Shown here: in pieces, positions 26,201-39,019 of the stretch
Layout: the number at the start of each line of letters is the position of its first letter
Position numbering within the stretch: the stretch's first letter is position 1
NCBI GenBank assembly: GCA_010093605.1
Contig: MU004193.1
Span: 1,247,520 to 1,311,519, forward strand
Origin: Lophium mytilinum
Lineage: Eukaryota
Length of the DNA: 64,000 nucleotides
Reading direction: 5' to 3'
Notes under the pieces: model-generated
Seen by the model: the letters and a program-made list of their open reading frames with translations, nothing else
Told to the model about the DNA's origin: nothing
Database searches by the model: none
Translations under genes and position numbers: made by a program

Positions 26201-29200
26201 TCGGGTCCGCACCAAATTCGAGAAGAAGCTTGACAGTCTCGGTATGTTCGTGGTCGGACGCATGATATAGCGCGGCATTCAGCTTATCTTTTGGAATGCC
26301 CCGCTGGAGCAGGAGATCCAGGACATCGTTACGTCCATAGGAAGCTGCTAGCATGAAAGCCTTCTCATGACGCAGGGTTGGAGCGCTGTCCAAAATCGTC
26401 TTGACAACCGCAGCCTTGCCATTCTGCGACGACGCTTGCAACGCTTGCTCCAATACGGTGATCCGGGCTTCTTTCTGTACGAGCGCCTCGACCACCTCGA
26501 CATGGCCGTATGTCGCGGCAGCTGTCAGGAACGAACCGTACCTCGTCATGCTTTTGTTCGGACTCCACCCCTTCGAGAGCAATAGCTTGACGACATTTGC
26601 ATGACCTCTACGGGAAGCAGCACCGAGTGCGCTTCCGTACTCATATTCCTCATCGGGGTCAATATCCGCGCCCTGATCTACCAAGAGCTGAACGCTTTCT
26701 GGGTCGCCGTTGTACGCGGCTATGTTGAGCGCTCTGCGATGCTCCCCTCCAACCATGTTCACCATTGCGCCGCGCTTCAGAAGAATCTTCATGGTTTCGA
26801 GATGACGTTCCTCAGCTGCTGCGTATAGCGGTGTCCCCCAGGAGTCTTCGTCTGCATTGACGTTGGCATCTCGGTCGAGCAAGCATTCAACAACTTCATT
26901 CCGCCCTTCGGATGCTGCTTCCCACAGTGGAGTCACTTCGCCTTCCTCGCTGCATGCATTGACGTCTGCACCAGCACCGAGTAATGCTAATACAATCTCG
27001 TAACTGCCATTGCCGCATGCATAAAACAGTGGCTGAAAACCAAGCGAGTCCTCCTTGTGGACATCGGATTCCCAGCCGTAAGTCAAAAGATAATCAACGA
27101 ATGCTGAGAATCCAGCGATCGTAGCGATGTGTAACACAGATACGTCTGCGTGTTCAGACATATAGTGGAGCTGGTCGTTCGCGCCCCACCATGCCTGTCT
27201 TGCCGTCGATTCGTCCTCCCAAAAGGCGTGGTCTTGGTGTACCCCAAATTCTGCGATTACATCCACAGGCGCGAGTTTAGCGTGTTCTATCCAGTACTTG
27301 ACAGGGTAGTTTAATGCGTCTTCCCAGGAATCAGCATCGATGATGCCTGTAGTGCGGCTGGTAGGACGTTCGGTCTGAGGCACCGATTCAGCTTCGTCCT
27401 CATCAGTGTCGTTATTACTCTCTGAATCGCTATGATCTCCGCAGTCGCTCTGAACTCCTTCGGACTGGGCAGCTGGTGGGTCGGTTTGCTCGATCGGCTC
27501 TGTGAAGGAGACATTCAATCAGCAAGATCTCTGTGTCAAAAAGGAGAAGGGAAAAGAACGAAATCCCGAGCTTGCTTGCTCCTGTTGCAGCTGCACGTAT
27601 CGACTATTGCTCCAATGTGCCCTAGACTGCCCAAAAAAAGGTAGACCAAATTGCAAGACCTGGAAAGTGTGCGATAGGGTGTTAAAGTAAGAGCTATTAC
27701 CTTCTCGAGAGTCATCTGGATCTTCTTCTATCGCTTGATTTATCGTTTTTGCATCCTCACTCTTTTCATGTCTCTCGTAGAGATACTCTAGACACCGAAG
27801 TGCGATAATGCCATGATGCATGTCTTTCAGATCTAAGCCAAGATCATCCTGAGAGTAATGCTCCAAGTGTTCTTTAGCCGACATATCAACCCAGCCCACG
27901 GTATTAGTGTCCTCGGCAAGATTGCTACCACGGATAGTGAGGAACGCGCCACATCGAATGATGTGGGCTTTCAGTGTAGCGTATTCTTCCCAGTGTTCGC
28001 GAGGGAGACCAGCAATTACGGCAAGCTCTCGCATACTGGGGGTTTCCTGGGAGAGAATCATGCAACGTAAGATCTCCTTGGTGTATTCGATGCCTTCGGA
28101 TTCTGGTTTCAGCACCCTTCCACGGATGTGCTCATACAATTCGGTCAAGCCGTAGGGGAGCGATTCCAATAGGGCTCGAAATTCGACATACGAGGCCTTC
28201 CCCGATTCTTGCGCATTCTTCAATTCTTGTATCACAAGAAGAACATAGATAGCGTTGCCTTCCGCGCGAGAGTGAATATGGCGCTTCACAAAGTAAGCCA
28301 ACGAGGCTACTAAACCGAGCTCGTCCACCATTGCTGAGATGCGCTCTTTTAGCTCGTCTTTAACGTGGACCGAGTTCTCCGAATCGTCCAGGTTTATTTC
28401 GAGAGCTTTGTGCTTCAATGCCTTCTCAATGTTGGGTCGACTAGACCTGCTCAACACCATCCATTTGATAGGATTTGATTGCACATCGCTCTCAGGAGGA
28501 ACACAGGCGGCCGAGATATCGTCCGTAAATTGTAAAAACTCAGCCAGAGAGTCTTGAGAGAGAAGGTCAAGGCCGTAGATAATGATGTAGATGCATCCAA
28601 AGGAGAGATCCCTCGCCATTGCTTGCAAACCGTCCCAAAGAAAAGACACCTTCGATAGCGACTCGTTGTCAAAATCTTGGGCGCTGCCCTTCTTGCCTTT
28701 CTTCGAGTCGGTAAGGAGATGAACAGCTAGGTCTTGGTTCCGGTCAATTATTTGACGGACAATGAGTTTGAGTAGTCCCAACAGAGTTCTGCGTTTCTCG
28801 TCGCCTTGATCGCAGAAAAAGGACGCAACTATGGGGCCAGCCTCGTCTGACCTTTCATCCGGCTTTTCGTCCAAGTCTTTGGCTGACTTTTGAAGGCTGT
28901 CAATGACAGATGACGCGATCGTGTCCTGGCCTGTGCCAGCCCTGCCGTGTACCCAAAGAAGCTGGGATGTATGTTGTTCTTTCCAATTCTTATAACTGTC
29001 TTTTAAAACAACCCAAGAGTTCTTGGTTGTCATTTGATCACCCGGTTTTTCTTTTTCGGTGGCTTTTGGGTATTGGAAAGTGCCTTTCATCGCGGCATCT
29101 ATATCTGAGAACCCCTTCCCAAGCGCATCAATGATGGCATGATATGTGCGGTCGCCAATAAGGGCTTGCCGATTAGCTGCACCGAGAACGTGTTAAAAAG

Positions 29201-30364
29201 CATCTCCATACGTAAGCCAGAATAACATACCATTCTGCCTCGACTTGATAACATTAGCCGCCCTACTAGCTGTAACCTTGATCTCGTTTGATACCGAGAT
29301 GAAGTTACCATCTTTAGGCCCCGAATATTTGTTCAGGGCGAAATGATCTAACGCGAGCTGGAGGCATTCTACACCAGGATATGTCGCTGATTCTTTGTCC
29401 ACCATGAGTTCCTACGCGATAGATTAGAGCGATCACACATTAATCCACCCCAACGGACCCTAGAATAATTACCTTTGCAAAACCTTTCACCACGAGCCCT
29501 ACCACATCGCTCTTTTCTCCCTCAAAGAAGCAGAATACGCGTATCTGGGCTTCAGTAGACAAGCGAACAAAGTCATGAAGCGTCCGTTTCAAGGTCTCGG
29601 AATCCTTCTCAAGCAGCTTCAGCAAGCTTGATTGTACTGCCCCACCCCACACGCTTGCGATTCCGGCAAGCAACATGCCCTTTGACTGAGTCTTTGTGCC
29701 GTTGAAGGGCGTACCGAGGAAAATAGATCCAACAACCCATGGAAAGACGCTGGGAAAGTCATTTTGCCGCAACTTTGCTGTTAGAAGTGCCTGTTCAAGA
29801 ACTATACCACCAAAACAATGGCACACGAATATAATCGGGGCTTTGCAGTCGTGCTTGATTTTTGTAAGCACTTAACGCCCCAATTCATCGTATCCCGACT
29901 GTACTTACACCACGTGAACGTTCAAGCGCATACAGCAGCTGATCAACCACATTCTCTAACTTTTGGTCGATCGGGTCCTTTCCATACCACTGACTCTCAT
30001 AATGGAGCACACTAATTCGTGCGTTCGGAATCTTTTTGGGAAGCATGTTGCTGTCGCGCAGCCAGTGTACAGTCTTGCCGTATTTCCAGGTCCATTCTGG
30101 ATTCGCGCCCAACCCGGGGATAGCGACGATGCTGGTTTGATCAGCCTTGAATACTTGGCAGCTTGGCTTGGTACATTACTCAAAATCAAACTTGGTGGAT
30201 GATTTAGATGGCTCATCTGGCCTCGGATGGAGCACCTCCAGACCAAGATTGATGGCCTTTGGAGCGCAGTCATGTCAGCGAGTTGACACATGTGTTCATC
30301 AGGCTGTTGGCTCACTCACCACATGATCGGACTTCGACCTCACCTTCTTCGTTGTCGTTGCCAT
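23296..30364 (-). CDS. Fungal NLR-like protein: alpha/beta-hydrolase (SesB/DUF676-like) + NACHT-like + ~26 ankyrin repeats + low-complexity tail; multi-exon
   Basis: IVAIPGLGANPEWTW, IIFVCHCFGGIV, IFLGTPFNG, DHFALNKY (hydrolase). LLWVHGRAGTGQ, ASFFC, KWMVLSRS, LESLPYGLTELY (NACHT). Repeated YGTALQAAA...LLxxGADVN (ankyrin). Confidence 0.85.
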
Positions 30365-30813
30365 GTGGGTGGTCTTGCTGGCTAAAGGACTGAAAGCAGA
30401 TTCTTGCGGTCCCACGCTGGGCTAAAAGGCTCGTCATGTTGATTGCTCCTGCCAATATCGCGTCCGCATGCATCCCGCCAGTATTTGGGGGCCAGAAAAC
30501 CATTTGAAACCCACAGGGAATATCGGGCACAACCGAGCTTTAAGGGCCAATGAGCTCGAGGGGAGGGAATGAGGCTTTGGATGACCAACATGCGTTCCGG
30601 CTTGATTTGCTTTCGTGCAGGGGCACTGTGAGTCGTTTGGGGGCCAAAACCTGGGCCAAGGAGAACTAAATCAAAGCGGCTGACCCCGGGAGCCGGGGGG
30701 TCAATCCTGCGAACTTGGCGCTCCCCAACTCCAAATATATAGGGCTCCTGACTTCTTTGGTATTAGTCAAAGACGGATCTATCCGCTACTCGACTTATAT
30801 AATATCTCGAAGG

Positions 30814-31872
30814 ATGCTAAGTCACTCACCGGTGAGTTTATTCCGACCTCTGGCACTGATGATACCCGCTGACAAAGCAAAGAAAAGCGTCCCTTTGGCG
30901 CCTCCTTTCCACACTCAGCTTCTTGATATGGGAATCGAAGAGGTCAAGATACCCCTTCTTCCAGCAACGTATCGTACTCCATCGCACTCCGTTCGGCTCG
31001 TCAGTGCGGATCTCCAGTCTTTTCTCGAATGCGAGCTAAGTGTGGAGAGGCTGAACGCCGTCCACAAATGGCTTTGGCTCGCAGGCCTTCCATCATCACC
31101 TCGACCATTGCACTACCAGCGCCTGAAGAAGAGAGAGATTGTGGTAGCTGAGCAACTAGACTTGCACATGGTGTGGTCGCCATCCCGGATACTCATCAAG
31201 CCTCTCTCGAGATTCTTGTTCTGCCCGCACTTCTGGCATGCAAACATTTGTCCGCACCCCCTTTTGTATCAGACCGCGCTTGGATTCCTTCTTTCTTACA
31301 TCGCCTTGATTGAGCGAGAAATCGACTTGAAAATTGCGAAAGACAAGTGTCTAATACCCGAAAGCATCACTTGGGCAGGGTGGCTTGCTCTAGTCGAAGA
31401 AATCATTACAACAATATCACAGGGAGCTGCATATCCAACTGGCAATGCTGCTATCGATATCCTCTCAACTCGCGCACTACATACATCGGTCAACCCTCGA
31501 TTTTACTACGGTGAACTCCGCCTCGGACGGCTGAATTGGATCTATCGACTTATCCAAAGAGCACCTCGAGGCTACTTGAGCAGTTGTACAACCTATGGAG
31601 AGTTTGTAAAAGAAAATGTGAACTCTCTGATCACGATATTCGCCTATACGGCGATTGTGCTGTCAGCCATGCAGGTTGGATTGGCAACCACTTTCCTGTC
31701 CGAGGATTATGCCTTTGGCAGGGCATCTTATGTCTTCTCGCTTTTCGCCATCATCGCACCGCTAGCGGGCATCGTTGGGCTTCTTGCGGTGCTGGCCGTT
31801 TTCTTCACCATGAACCTTCTGAGGACCTTGAAAGTCCGGGGTGACCGCAGGCAGCAAGGCGCAGGAGTATGA
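30814..31872 (+). CDS. DUF6601-type protein with two C-terminal transmembrane helices; start uncertain
   Basis: ELSVERLNAVHKWLWLAG, PRPLHYQ, DLHMVW...IKPL, GFLLSYIALI, RFYYGELRLGRLN, IVLSAMQVGL motifs. Confidence 0.8.
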   Translation: MLSHSPVSLFRPLALMIPADKAKKSVPLAPPFHTQLLDMGIEEVKIPLLPATYRTPSHSVRLVSADLQSFLECELSVERLNAVHKWLWLAGLPSSPRPLHYQRLKKREIVVAEQLDLHMVWSPSRILIKPLSRFLFCPHFWHANICPHPLLYQTALGFLLSYIALIEREIDLKIAKDKCLIPESITWAGWLALVEEIITTISQGAAYPTGNAAIDILSTRALHTSVNPRFYYGELRLGRLNWIYRLIQRAPRGYLSSCTTYGEFVKENVNSLITIFAYTAIVLSAMQVGLATTFLSEDYAFGRASYVFSLFAIIAPLAGIVGLLAVLAVFFTMNLLRTLKVRGDRRQQGAGV

Positions 31873-33200
31873 AGAGGGGGTCGACTAGGCAAGTAACGCC
31901 GGTGGCATGAGACAATCTGTCCAAAAGTCGCGCCAACTTGCGAGGCATGAGTAGAGGGTGCCTTGACGACTATCTTCCCTCGCAAGCTACAGCATACCCA
32001 CACGTGCGGCGACAGTTCCCATAACGATGATAATCCTCGGGAGCTTCAATTGCGTAGTCTTTGAGCCTTTCTATGTCGAATCGGAACACACTTTCAAGAA
32101 GATCGCCTCATTCGCACACCTACCACGTTCTTCGGGTGCTTCAATGAGCTTTCGAAAGTACGATCGAAAGGTGTGAACTATTTGGACGGTTGACGATTTC
32201 GTTGAAGCTTCTAGGCACACCTGCGAGCACTTGAGGCAGCCTGCAGCACGTTTGGGCTTCTTCCCCAACGCTTCCCGCGCTACAGAGGCACGTTGGCTCC
32301 TTTGGTTCATCTTAGAGAGCTGTCTTCCGACAGTAATCTGACAGCCATCCAGGATTGCTCGTAAAGGATAAACCACAGCGGTTTCACCTGATCGCCCTGA
32401 TCCCGAGCAGGTGCTCATTCTAGTTCGCACCTATGAGCAGAGAAGTTACACAAGCATAGTCTGCGCGGCTCTCTACTTGATTATCCTGGTGGATATGGTA
32501 TAGCTTCTTGTATGTACTGAATAGAACGTATAGCTTCGGACACGAACGGCTAACCTTCCGTTCCGTCCTATTGTTGTTCGGGACAAAACTTACAGCGCAA
32601 ACCCAGACCTAGCACACGATTCTTTGAATTCCATGCAGTTGTGTCTTATGGTTCATTGCCGCAATGACAATCTAGCAAAAACAAATTCCCCCGTAGTCGC
32701 AGATTTCTAGGCTCCTTTCTATCAAACGTCCTTCCTATCCCCAGCCGTAAATTTGCCACACCTCAGATCCATCGTCCCCTACTCAACCCCCCCACAGACA
32801 CAGATCGAACATATCAAGTTCTCAAGCAAGCAGACATATAAACGCTCCATTATAAATTAGGTAAAAAAACCCGCCCCACCACCTCAAAACCATATACAAA
32901 GAAGCGAATGTGGTCCCGTAATTCCAAATAGATCCCATCATCGGGATCCGTGGTATCATCCCCGAATCTTATCGCAAAGCACACGCGCGCTCCGCACCCC
33001 CCAAAAACGAAATCAAGGTTGTGATGATACACTTTTCTCCACCCCTTCACTCTCGCGGACCTCGTAGCCCCTTCTCCACCCAACCATCGAAAAAGTAAAG
33101 AAAAAGGGGGTACACCCGTAGGCCTCAAATAGGCGTAAAAATCCCACCCTACATCTCCGCCCCTCCGCCACCTCAGCTTCTGTCCCGATATCAGCCAATC

Positions 33201-36200
33201 TCAATCATGCAACCCAAACGCCTTCCGCAGCATCGGGAACCTCTTCTTCTTCCCCGTCCTCCCCACCACAACCTCTTTCCCTGTCTTCGGATCAATTCCC
33301 ATGCGCGCCTCGCTAACCGCAGAACTATACCGCTTGTTCAGCGTCGGTCTCAGGCTGCTCGGCCCCTTCGAACCGCCCTGGGGGAACACGCCGTCCGAGC
33401 TCGCGGGCCGCACCTCCTGCCCGATCGCCGGGGGTTGGGGCAGCGGCCACGAGTCCGAGGTGGAGCGGCCCCACTGCGGCGTATTGCGGCGCTGCAGCTT
33501 GGGGCTGCGGATGCTGCCGGGGCTCTGCGGCGTATCAGGGGAGGCGGCGTCGAAAACTTTCTCGTCTTCGCCGATGGGGGTGAGGGGGCGCTGGGCTTGG
33601 GGTTGGGAGCGGACGGTGTGTGGAGGGGGTTCAGGGATGGGCAGAGGTTGGGCAGCAAACTCGCCGGGTTGGGAAGCGGACTGCTTTTTCTTGCCTAGGC
33701 CGAAGAAGCCGCGCTTGGATTTCTCTTTCTTCGTGGTTTGGTTGTCTGACGGGTCAGCGGTGTGCTTGCCGTCCCGGAGAGTACTCGATGCGAAGGATGG
33801 CTGGCCGTTGGTCGTTGTCCCTTTCTCTATGTCCTTGTTAGCAGCGGGTCTTTCTGTGCTGCTGTCTTCGTCGGAGAGATCGGTGGAGTCACCATCTTCT
33901 TCGCCTGGCTTCCTCGGTATACCGCGAACAGGGGCTAATCCAGATGGTAGGGTGTAGTCGTCGTCTTCATCGGAATCCGCGAATCGGCTCTGGAATCTTG
34001 CCGGCCTATCGTCGTCTTCGTCACTGGAGTCGGCGAAACGGCTTTGGAAACGCTTTGCAGGTTTACTTGGAGCCGGCGATTTAGCCTTCGATTTATTGCC
34101 AAACCCACCCATTTTTGTCCCCGGTTTCTCAGATTGAGCTCTTAGGGTAGACACGCCTGCATCGATAGACCCATTACGGTTTGAGTTCCCTATCCCCCTA
34201 CCTCTGGGTGATAATGACCTGATACTGAAGCGAGACGACTTGAGGCCTGCGGGGGCCTCAGGCGTTGGCGACGAGGGTCGCATCGAAGTCCGCATGGTGG
34301 GCGGTGGCGACAAAGGCTGCGCATGAGCAGATTGTGGTCTCATGGTCGGCGCTGGAGCTGATGGAGCAGCTGGTCCCCCTCTCATAGATCGTCGCATAGA
34401 GTATCTCTCCCCATTCGATCCTTTCGGTCGGCGCCGTTCCCTCTTAAAGCTACTGTCTGATAAGTCCGAATCGTCATTCGAAAACGTGCGGGCTAGAGGA
34501 GCCATTTGAGGTGGCTTTGCGGAGGTGCCCAGTGGTCCGGACGCCGATTGAGGGCGATTCTTGGCGGGTACTGCTGCAGGTGGTATCACCCTTTTCTGTA
34601 GGGCACCCCTGGGCTCTCGACTCGCCGGTGGGCTGCTGTATCTCGACGCAGCTAGACCAGGTTCGTTCCGCATGCCTGATCGCATAGTATCACCACCTCT
34701 CATGCTTTTCTTCATGTGGGGTTCTGAAGCGGAAGACGCGTTATTTCCTTGGAAACCAGGCCCTGATCGCATAGTCTTTCTGATGTGAGGCTCAGCTGCC
34801 GTCGATTCTTGTGCTTGACGCATCGAGTTCTTCATTGCAGATTTCCGTGGTTGAGCAGCCGCTGGTGGCGGTCCTGTTCGCGACGCGCCACCACTGGATA
34901 CGTTCTTCTTCCTCGGCTTGGCAGCTTGTAGGATGGGTACATTAGATGATGTTGCTACTGCTGTTGGCGGTTCGGGTTTTGCTTCCCGTCCCAGGCCTTT
35001 TCGTTGCGCCTGGGTCAGGCTAGTCCAGTGATCTCTTGCATCGTTCCAATCGGTTTCCTCACGAGAAGGGGGAGTGGCATTATCTTGTAGAGCCCGACTT
35101 GCGTTGGATGGTGCGGGCATGACGGGACTATCTGGGGGAGGTGTAATAGCAAGACCTCTAGCGGGTTTCGTAATAGGGCTATCCACAACAGCGTCAATTG
35201 AAGCAAACGGAGCTTCGTCATCTGAGAAATCCTCTGCAGCATCACTGTAGATACTGCTTGTGTCGCTATCGGGCTCCTCTTGAACAACTGTTAACTGTTC
35301 TTCTTGGCTGACTACCGGTTGCGAAGGGATGATAGCAGGAGGGGGAGCGACGGGTTCGATCGTTTTCAGTGGTGTGGATGATGAACTGTTGGTTCTTCGT
35401 TCAGCGTTCGCAGGCTCTGTATTCTTGACGATGGCGCGAGTCTCCTCAAATTGGTCAGGAAACCCTCCGGGCATCATGTACTTCGGTTCTGGCGCATCCT
35501 CAGGTCCGGGGGTAGCAGGAAGAATGGCAATGTCCGGAACCGCCATCTCTTCGCGCTTGGGTGGTGCCTCTAATGTTGCTGGTGCAGTGATCGGCCCTTT
35601 ACGTGATGATACTGGTCCTTCGTCTTGAGTAGCCACGCTCTGTTCCGAATCGGAGACATAGCCTGAGCCCTCGACCGATGTTACTTCCGGGGGCACTGGG
35701 TCTAGCAAATTGCTCTTGCGAGCTGCTTCTTGGGGCGAAGAAGAGTCTGTCCTCTTCTTGGATGCGAAGTCATTGGCGATAATATTGGCCAGCGCGTGGT
35801 CATTTGAAGACTCAAGTGGCTCTGCAATCGTACTAGCAGATGTCGACATCGAAGACGGGATGGTTTCAGTGACCTTCTCGGCCAGATCATCGTCGTCGTT
35901 ACGTCTCGAACGTTCACGAACACTTCCAAAAGATGGCAATGCCGGGCGCGGCGTCATGACATCATCAAGGTTGTCGTCTGGCGAGGTAGGCGACCGAGAA
36001 CTCCACTTGGAAGTGTCAATTCCGGTTGGCGACGACGGCGATGTTTCCCCATAAGCCGAAGTTCCTGCGATGACGGGACCCTCATCGAAACTAACTCGCA
36101 CGTTCTTCTTTCTTCTTGGAGTGGACCTGGAGCCGTCATCCGACATATTATCTGAGCCTTCGCTGGGAGCTCCCCTGGCAGCGATGACTACAGGCGAGTT

Positions 36201-37823
36201 GTTCCTGATAGAGGAAGAGGGCGAGTGTTTGAGAGCGGACTTTGCTGGTGAATACGACCTTGGTGGTGGGTGGTGCTTGAATCCATTCGGCAATTCGACT
36301 GATGAAGTCGCAAAATGTGCCGACCGTCCTGGACTGAGAGACTGGGGTCGATCACCACGTATACTGCCATTCTTTCCCGCAGATAAGGTGTTGGTCGGCG
36401 TTTGAGTCCTCGGTTGTGCGGGAGTACTTGGTGGACCAGTCGATACGGGCGTAGTCTGAACCTGCTCCCTGTTCAGGCCAGATGAACTAGGCTCTAGTCT
36501 CCGGCTGGTATTTGCATCGTGGCCACCCTGTTCTTGATCGCTTTCTCCATAGTCCTCGGAGTTTCTTCTAGCAAGGAGGGCTCCAGCTCGGGTTTGGAAC
36601 CCCGAGGATAGGTTTTGTCGCATGGGAGGGCTCTGGGGTCGCTCTTGTCGTTGGACTGGTGGACTCTGTGGCCGCTCCACAGCATGGTAAACCGGTTCTT
36701 GATACGCCGGTTGTGCCACCTCTCTCTGATAGAACTTCCGCGTGGATGGGTCGTACACCGCTCCCGGAGATTTGGGGTCGACGGCTTGAAGCCCAGATGA
36801 GGTAGCAGGTCGAGTATACTCGTCCACGGCCGTTCCCGTAGGTCTAGCTCCCATGTGGCCGCTAGCCAGGCGAGCCCCTTCCACTCCGGCAGAAAATTGG
36901 CTCCTGTTCTTATGTACTGGCATTTCCGGCGCGTTCCGAATCGACTCTTGGGCGAAAGAGTTTCTGATACCAGCTCCGTCGGAAGTCTTCGGGCGCGTAG
37001 CCGAGTCGTCTCTGAAAGTCTTGTTTGCAACGACTGGCGAACCAAACCATCCGCTGTGACCAGCTCGTCCCGGGGCAACGACAGGAGAAGGCGTCGGACT
37101 AGCCGGCGGAGACATGGGCCTGGAAAAGTTGACAGAGGACCGAATACTGTTCTCGCGATCGACTTCCATGACCTGAGCTAGATTGCTCCCACCACGAACA
37201 TGGCCGCGGCCAGCCGCAGGCATCCCTCTATCAACACTAACACCTCTCCCACCTCCTCTCCTCGGCGAGGCTCCGCGGAAGACCGGTTCGAGGCTGGAGG
37301 CGCGCTTCTGGGAAACAGGACTCGGGACATCACGTGGAATTGCAGGCACTGGAGGCGCGTTAGGATCCGCCTCGACTACGGGGCTGCTCCTATTAGGCGA
37401 AGATGTGCGAAATGTGCGTTCACTCATCGAGCCAGAGCTGGACTGCCTACGCAAGCCGGGCGCCTGATTGCTTCCAACGCTGCCCTGTGACGACGTCGAA
37501 CCCCTCCGAATCATCCGCTTTGTCTGTATATCGCCAACCGGCGTTGGCGATGTCGCGTGGGTGCGCAGGGCTGCCGCGGCGGCGGCATTGGAGAGGGAGG
37601 CATTGGGGACGCGGTCTTTGAGGAACGCTTGACTCGCGGCTAGAGCGGCTGCAGAGCTTGGAGCAGTGGGCTGACGGATGGGCTGCATGAGGAGATGGTG
37701 TTAGTGTGATGTTTCGAAGCATAGCTTGGACAGGCGCAAAGGAGCTCTCATGAGGTTTGTTCCTGCCGACAGGATAAAGAGGGCACTCACCGGATTAGAC
37801 GCAGCGCGCCGGCGATGAAACAT
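33201..37823 (-). CDS. Large Ser/Pro/Arg-rich disordered protein, possibly Seg1/Sle1-like eisosome protein; short exon 1 (37823-37791)
   Basis: 1495-codon ORF plus upstream exon MFHRRRAASNP. N-terminal Ala-rich helix and basic C-terminus GKKKRFPMLRKAFGLHD. The Seg1 resemblance is inference. Confidence 0.75.
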
Positions 37824-39019
37824 GACAGATTATAGACTATGAAAGAGCGCAATGAACATGGCCAGCAAAATCGCAGATAATAAAAAAAGGTGAGGTCGTC
37901 AGGGTCGAGCGACGGCTGATGTCATGTATGTGGAGCGGATGCGCTGGAGGAGAGAGGTGGCCGCGGGCGAGACTCCGAAGCGAGAGCGCGGCAGGCTGAC
38001 AGCTTCAATGCAGCACGACCAGGGATGTTGACAAGCACTCAGGCCACGACGAGGCTAGAGATGCGAAGATCAGGGTGGAGGATTCGCAACACAGTCGAGG
38101 ATGTGAATGTGCAAAGGAAAACAACAGGATGGAGCCTCAACAGGATCTGCGACTTGGAGCGCGGCACGATGAACTTCCACCAAGGTTTAGCCCTCCCTAT
38201 TAGCAAACGCCCCAGTCGTCATCCTTCACGCACCAGCCACTTGCAGCCACTCGTCATCGCTGGTGCCGCCGAGGGATGCCGGGGAATTTGAGCAAAAGCG
38301 TCTAGACAGGCCTTTTCCGTGCTGTCGAATTCATGAATCACCAGTCTTTTGGGAATTGCATCCAATAGGGCTCCCTGCGTGGTTGGAGTGGAGCTACAGG
38401 GTAATTCTGCATTCGGACCCTATGATGCCTCTCTAACTTCATCTGGCAGCTAGTTCTAAATCCTTTATTGGATACTTGCAAATTTCCAGTCTTATGTAAG
38501 ATCCTTGACAACTGTTAATGTTTAGTTCAGGGGCAATATCAACCAAATGGCCCGAAGCGGCATACACGAGGAAGTTGGGAGAATCTACCTGTATATGAAT
38601 CTGGCGTGTAGCATGTGTATAAATCTGGATTGATGTACATATTCTGACAACGCTTGGCAGGCAGAGTCGTCCACAAAAAGCGCAGTCAAGACCATCTCTA
38701 AAATAATATGAAAGGATTGGTATTCATATCTCTTTAAGATTTGAATCATTCGCAGACCATGGCACATAATCAAATGGCGTCGATACTGATGATATGTCGA
38801 AGTATTATTGTTATTACTGGGCTCATGAAAAGATGAATGCTACCCGTTATGCAGGTGTTGATATCCTTTCTCGCATTGCTTTTCGAGATTCGTTTTTGTC
38901 GCTTCAAACCGCTTCCCTCAACGCCTAAATGTGTTGCAGATGTTCGTAGGCAACCGTATTACCTTAATGCAGCTCCATGGACCCGTCAAACACCATTTCA
39001 CTCCTCACAGAGCACCTCC

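Noticed and set aside
29095..29125. Apparent stop or frameshift between the hydrolase and NACHT ORFs of the NLR
   Set aside because: After the intron the frame reads ...DALGKGFSDIDAAMKGTF continuously; the TAG is in another frame.
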